This document shows positions 36,123-40,578 of a stretch of DNA of 40,578 bases, one piece after another. The stretch covers positions 1 to 40,578 of the forward strand of contig DAHVMJ010000005.1 in the NCBI GenBank assembly GCA_027319905.1, given 5' to 3'. Made by a program: the position numbers and the translations under genes. The notes beneath the pieces are model-generated. The model ran no database searches. It saw only the letters and a program-made list of their open reading frames with translations, and was not told the origin of the DNA. Within the stretch, counting starts at the first letter, position 1; every line of letters starts with the position of its first letter. This stretch comes from Candidatus Micrarchaeota archaeon (GTDB lineage: Archaea > Micrarchaeota > Micrarchaeia > Micrarchaeales > CABMGC01).

Positions 36123-37224
36123 GATAGTTTGCCTCTTTAATAAAAACAAATTCAGGCATAGATGTGACAAGCTTGAATCCTTGCGAGCTTATAATTTTCA
36201 GAATTCTGTGTTTTCCGGAGGTTTTTTTGCCTTCTTCTGGAGGGTGCGGTTCCAATTGAATCAGATAAACATTAGAAAGATCGATTTTGGCTCTTATTGC
36301 TTCGTATTCGCTCCCTTCTATGTCTATCTTCAAAACTATATTGCTCTTGGGAGGGAAAGTTTTGAGCAATGAATCAAGGGTCTTTTGGGGGACCTCTACG
36401 TAGCCTGCGGCTTTAGAAAGATGTTCTGATACTGTATTGCCGCTATTTTCGTTAGTGCCGTATCTTAGATTCAGAATCTTATCTTCTCCGCCTATGGCCA
36501 TCTTTGCATATTTTATTTTCCCATAGACGCTTTTTGGTTGCCTGCTGTAGATGTTTCTATAGCCTTCTTCATAAGTGTATGGAATCGGTTCGAACGCATA
36601 AACAATCTTTACATTTGGATTCTTGGCGAACGCTATTGCCGTATCTCCTATGCTGGCGCCAAGATCGAGAAAGATGCTATTTGGCTTTATTTTATCATAA
36701 AGTAGCTGAGTTTGCAAAAGGGAGTCTCTGGACCAATCTTTCAATCTGGTTTCTTCCTCAGCGTCCCTTGCGGAAAATCTCCCATTGGCCCTTGCCCTCA
36801 TTTTCCTCGTGCGATCCAGGATATCTGTTAACTCGCGTGTCGGTATCCGTAGCGCCTCATTCACAGCCATCTGGTTCTCGAGAAGCACGATGGCGGTATC
36901 GTACGAGAGTATCTCCTTGTCGCCTATGGGGTAGTTGAGGACCGGGTTGGCTTCGGTGCTCACCTGATGCTCCCTTCCCCAGAAACCAGAGCGTTTCGAC
37001 ACAATTCCTATCACGACGGACGCTGCAACCAGGATCAGTCCTATGAAAGCATACGTGTAAGGATTTGCCGGAACGTACTTGTATAGCAGGAAGTTATAGA
37101 TTATGGTGAAGTAGGCGACAAGTCCCAATACCAGCGCAAGATAGTTTGCCCAGCCCAGTTTGAAGTACATGTAGGCTCTTCCAAACAGGTCTACCGTCTT
37201 CGTTTTTACTCCTTCGTACTTCAT
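36112..37224 (-). CDS. FkbM-family methyltransferase with N-terminal two-TM domain
   Basis: FLDLGASIGD, YAFEP, LKIDIEGSE motifs; two hydrophobic segments in the first ~80 aa. Confidence 0.85.
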   Translation of the reverse strand: MKYEGVKTKTVDLFGRAYMYFKLGWANYLALVLGLVAYFTIIYNFLLYKYVPANPYTYAFIGLILVAASVVIGIVSKRSGFWGREHQVSTEANPVLNYPIGDKEILSYDTAIVLLENQMAVNEALRIPTRELTDILDRTRKMRARANGRFSARDAEEETRLKDWSRDSLLQTQLLYDKIKPNSIFLDLGASIGDTAIAFAKNPNVKIVYAFEPIPYTYEEGYRNIYSRQPKSVYGKIKYAKMAIGGEDKILNLRYGTNENSGNTVSEHLSKAAGYVEVPQKTLDSLLKTFPPKSNIVLKIDIEGSEYEAIRAKIDLSNVYLIQLEPHPPEEGKKTSGKHRILKIISSQGFKLVTSMPEFVFIKEANYHAR

Positions 37225-37294
37225 TTTTACTCACATGCGAAAGATATCAATAATTAGACGATACAAGTTATAAAACACTTCTGTAGGTATCTCT

Positions 37295-39703
37295 ATGGGT
37301 AATGAGGCTATGAAGAAAGGCGCCAGGATGGGAAGCCGAAAACGGACGATACTTCTGGCAGCTGCTGTTTTGGCGATAGTAGTCCTAGCCCTAGTCCTTC
37401 GAACTCACTTGCTGCAGTACTATGGATTTTTCGAACCTGACGGCTATTACCATTACGCTGTCATTGAAGCCGCAATACACAACGGCTATTCCGTTCCTGC
37501 TAACCCGCCGCTCTCCGGATGGCCGCCCAACTGCAACATAGTGGTAGGCAACTCTACCTGCTCACCGGCCATCCCGCACGGAGAGCCGGTGGGATTCTAT
37601 ATGCTGACGCTCATCCCTTATCTCATACTTGGTTTTTTGGGAATCAGCGCATACTCGATAATGCGCATAGTTCCGGTTATCTTCGGACTCTTGGGCATGC
37701 TGTTCGCGTACATTCTGGCCATGCGCTGGAGCAATAACAAGGGTTTCGGGATTCTGACGATGCTGTTTGTGGCGGTGAGCATGGCAAACATCTCCAAGAC
37801 AGAAGCCCTCAGCTACCGCGGCGACGCTTTCGCCACAGTATTCTTGCTAGCGGCGCTGATTGTGACGCTTGCGATGCTTGATGCTGAAAAAATTAGGACA
37901 AAACTCACGTACCTGCTCGGCGCGGCGTTGTTGCTTTCCCTATGCAACCTGGTGTGGAACGGGGCTGCGTTTGCAACTGCGGTGTACGCATTTGCCATAA
38001 TGTTGATATTGCTATACGGTTTTGTTTTTAAGAACAGAAAACTGGTTAGCGACAGCGTATACATGTCTGGCGTACTCCTCCTGTGGTTTGCTTTGGTCTC
38101 GCTGTTCAATGCAATCGGGCTGATTCGGGGTCAGACATTCACCGGGCCTCCGTTCTTTCTGGCGCTACTGCTCTTGTCCATAGCAGTATATGCAGGGAAG
38201 CGCATGCTTGATTTGGGAATGGATGAACGTGTCTACGTCATTAGCACCGCAAAGAGACGACTGGCGCTCGCGGCGATCGTGGCGCTGGCATCCACAGCGG
38301 TAATCAGCCTGGCTATTCCCGGCTATCTGGGGCACATAGCTGGCCTTGCAGGATACAACGGAAATAACAACTTGCTAGCAACGATACAAGAGCTGTTTAG
38401 GCCTAGTCCCCTGTACTTCTGGAACAGTTTTGGATTGCAGAACCTGATGACTCCCTTAGGACCAGTGATGATGCTCGCGGCAGCCCTGACTTCCGGAAGC
38501 TCGACAGCAATGTGGGTCGTGCTGCTCTTCTTTTCAATGTGCTACCTATTCATGCAGATAAACAAAGAAAATGAAGGCGAAAATGGCGAGCAGGCTGCAG
38601 TCAGATTCGCGCCGAATACGACTACGCTTGTGCTCATCTCCTACTTCTCGCTTACCGCATACCTCCAGATGAGTGCGATCAGGTTCGGATACCTCATATC
38701 TATTCCTATGGCCATATTTAGCGCGTTTACGCTTTACTGGCTGTTCCTGTACTTACGAAGATGGAAGGCTATACGTATGGCGTCCATCGCAGTAGGCATA
38801 GTTATCGTGGTCTTTGTGTGCTATGCAAGTTTCAATTCAATTTCAGGCATTGTGCCAAGCGATAGCATAAACACGCAGTTCATCCAGGCGCTGGCGTGGA
38901 TGCACAACAACACTCCCTCGAATAGCGTGGTGCTTACGTTGTGGCCTGAGGGATCCGTGGTAGAGGGCGTGGCCAACAGGACAAGCGTCACAGACAGCGT
39001 TACAGCGCAGTCGATATACAAAACAGCGCAGTTCGCGGCCTGGCTATATGACTCTGGCGCCGACCCCGCTTTTCTGCTAGCCAACATCACCGGCGCTCCA
39101 GACTACCTTCTCGTGAGGCAGATGTGGATGAATGAGACACTATCGATATTTCTGGAGTCAAACATAACCGAAGTCAATTCGTCCGCGTACGGTTATACGT
39201 CCTTCAGCAGGTTGACCGAACTGACCAATAGCACGTCCAAAGTGTACAAGTTCTTTAACGGAGCGGCTGAGGCTGACATGGTTGTGGCGACGAACAAGTC
39301 AGGCGGCACAGTCTCAGCCTACTTCAAATCCGGGAGCATACTGCAACCATTCAGGCACATAGCTTTCTACAACACAGTTACAGGCAACTGGTCAGTAGCG
39401 AATCAGACCTCTACTGGAGACATAACCGCGAATAACTTCACCTTCTTAGTGCTCTACTCTCCGGTGAACACCGCGCACGGATACCTGAACGTGACCGCGG
39501 CCTATGCGTTAAGCCCGTCGCTTGCGAGCAGCAACATGGTCAAGTTCCTGTTCCAGTGCAACACTCTTGCGTGCTCGTGGGACAACAACGTGGCAAGCCT
39601 GAAGCTGGTCTACATCAACCTTGACACCAAGATCTTCCAGATCGAGTACAACATGAGCAACGCGAGCGTCGCTGCAGACGTGGCAGAGTATCCGCGCGTT
39701 TAG
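37295..39703 (+). CDS. aglB: STT3/AglB-family oligosaccharyltransferase paralog 2 (non-canonical WWDYG)
   Basis: EPDGYYHY, YRGD, TIQE, IRF, LTLWPEGS; colinear with paralog 1 over its full length. Confidence 0.85.
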   Translation: MGNEAMKKGARMGSRKRTILLAAAVLAIVVLALVLRTHLLQYYGFFEPDGYYHYAVIEAAIHNGYSVPANPPLSGWPPNCNIVVGNSTCSPAIPHGEPVGFYMLTLIPYLILGFLGISAYSIMRIVPVIFGLLGMLFAYILAMRWSNNKGFGILTMLFVAVSMANISKTEALSYRGDAFATVFLLAALIVTLAMLDAEKIRTKLTYLLGAALLLSLCNLVWNGAAFATAVYAFAIMLILLYGFVFKNRKLVSDSVYMSGVLLLWFALVSLFNAIGLIRGQTFTGPPFFLALLLLSIAVYAGKRMLDLGMDERVYVISTAKRRLALAAIVALASTAVISLAIPGYLGHIAGLAGYNGNNNLLATIQELFRPSPLYFWNSFGLQNLMTPLGPVMMLAAALTSGSSTAMWVVLLFFSMCYLFMQINKENEGENGEQAAVRFAPNTTTLVLISYFSLTAYLQMSAIRFGYLISIPMAIFSAFTLYWLFLYLRRWKAIRMASIAVGIVIVVFVCYASFNSISGIVPSDSINTQFIQALAWMHNNTPSNSVVLTLWPEGSVVEGVANRTSVTDSVTAQSIYKTAQFAAWLYDSGADPAFLLANITGAPDYLLVRQMWMNETLSIFLESNITEVNSSAYGYTSFSRLTELTNSTSKVYKFFNGAAEADMVVATNKSGGTVSAYFKSGSILQPFRHIAFYNTVTGNWSVANQTSTGDITANNFTFLVLYSPVNTAHGYLNVTAAYALSPSLASSNMVKFLFQCNTLACSWDNNVASLKLVYINLDTKIFQIEYNMSNASVAADVAEYPRV

Positions 39704-39831
39704 TAGGGCTTCTCCGCTGTTATCTCTGCTATCATTTCAAAGTCCTTTACGTTCTGGGTCAGGAGTTTGCAACGAAGATTGATCGCTGTCGCAGCTATCA
39801 TCGCATCGATAAGGTTTGTGCCGTACTTTCT
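39700..39831 (-). pseudogene. 3' remnant of a vapC PIN toxin gene
   Basis: Unannotated minus frame reads RKYGTNLIDAMIAATAINLRCKLLTQNVKDFEMIAEITAEKPY*; the N-terminal half is missing. Confidence 0.85.
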
Positions 39832-40063
39832 CCTCGGCCTCGCGCCTTATGCGTCGGGTGTACTCCGGGCCCGTCTCCTTCATCTTCCAGCTGCCGAATG
39901 CACGCTCAAACGCACCCTCCCTACTCTTCCCTTTCTTCGTCATACCCTTCAGCTTCTCGTTTATCAACCTTGAGAGCGCCTTCGTGGTGCCGTACCTGTG
40001 CATGGCCTCCTTGAAGAGCTCCCTATATACTTCGGTATCAAGATTTATAGTTGTCTTCACCAT
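39737..40063 (-). CDS. VapB-like antitoxin whose native stop is lost; reads into vapC remnant out of frame
   Basis: MVKTTINLDTEVYREL (RHH-like), AFGSWK..ETGPEYTRRIRRE; the last ~30 aa are junk from vapC DNA. Confidence 0.75.
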   Translation of the reverse strand: MVKTTINLDTEVYRELFKEAMHRYGTTKALSRLINEKLKGMTKKGKSREGAFERAFGSWKMKETGPEYTRRIRREAEEKVRHKPYRCDDSCDSDQSSLQTPDPERKGL

Positions 40064-40222
40064 GCCATTTCGCCATCTTCATTCACCTCTCGAGATATAT
40101 GAAGCTTCAGATGGCGGCACGGGGCCGGAATGGGCTTCCGCTCGGCGTATGAAAACAAAAGAAATTCGCTCTTTCCCCGCCTTTATGCTTCTCCCTGACG
40201 GCGACGGCCAGAGCAAATGGCC

Positions 40223-40578
40223 TCAGAAGAGGCGCGCTGCCGATTTAAGTGTCTCTATCTCGCGTGTGTACGTGTAGTAGGCCGGCTTCCTCTCAAGGTT
40301 TGAGTTGAGCAGCCCGAAGTCGCCGCTTCCATCGTCTACCAGTTCATACCAGAAGATCTTGCTTGCCCCGCCACCAATCAGGGCCGGGTACGCACCGGTT
40401 ATGTACTGCTGCTGCCCATACTGCGACGTCTGTCCTGTCTCTGTGACCCAGACCTCCCTGGCCAGTGAGACATATGCGTCAACATTGCTCTCATAGGCGC
40501 CAGCCACGTCGGCGTCCATGCCCCCATACGGGTAGGCATGCACCGATATGGCGTCGGAGTACCCGCACACCCCAAGAT
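40223..40578 (-). CDS. C-terminal part of a clan GH-A glycoside hydrolase (5' end outside window)
   Basis: DAISVHAYP, VWVTETG (nucleophile Glu), IFWYELVD, FGLL...KPAY; frame open to the window edge. Confidence 0.85.
   Translation of the reverse strand, partial: LGVCGYSDAISVHAYPYGGMDADVAGAYESNVDAYVSLAREVWVTETGQTSQYGQQQYITGAYPALIGGGASKIFWYELVDDGSGDFGLLNSNLERKPAYYTYTREIETLKSAARLF

Noticed and set aside
39816-40277. 153-aa plus-strand ORF
   Set aside because: Antisense to the antitoxin and the GH 3' end; no motifs.

Overview
Archaeal chromosomal window. The gene content (aRF1, archaeal DnaG, Hjc, histone, AglB, Methanococcus-type S-layer) and divergence suggest a DPANN archaeon such as Micrarchaeota; that assignment is an inference. 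Positions 1-22.6 kb are mostly core genes: tRNA-Leu(TAG), HAD phosphatase, serS, aRF1, vapBC, histone, GPT/AglH, GT2, M1 aminopeptidase, Bcp, PLD, VIT1, two double-HTH Lrp-like regulators, HD hydrolase, dnaG, toprim, hjc, two related Cys-rich surface proteins and the S-layer gene. Positions 23-40.6 kb are a partly AT-rich surface-glycosylation island. Its most striking feature is a twice-repeated module: a minus-strand sugar-tailoring operon ending in a methyltransferase/GT-B fusion gene, set head-to-head with an AglB/STT3 paralog. In both AglB paralogs the canonical WWDYG sequon-binding motif is replaced by LWP(D/E)G. The modules carry different cargo (C-methyl branched-sugar genes versus a PRTase-HAD fusion plus membrane-anchored FkbM), and the aglB copies share short perfectly identical DNA patches. 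Other notable items are a hidden out-of-frame vapC remnant, a HAD gene whose catalytic motif lies upstream of its first in-frame ATG, a histone with a tail encoded antisense to the neighbouring gene, and a degenerate ~230-bp tandem duplication upstream of the S-layer gene. No CRISPR array, rRNA or transposase was seen. All calls come from motif recognition by eye; no database searches were run.
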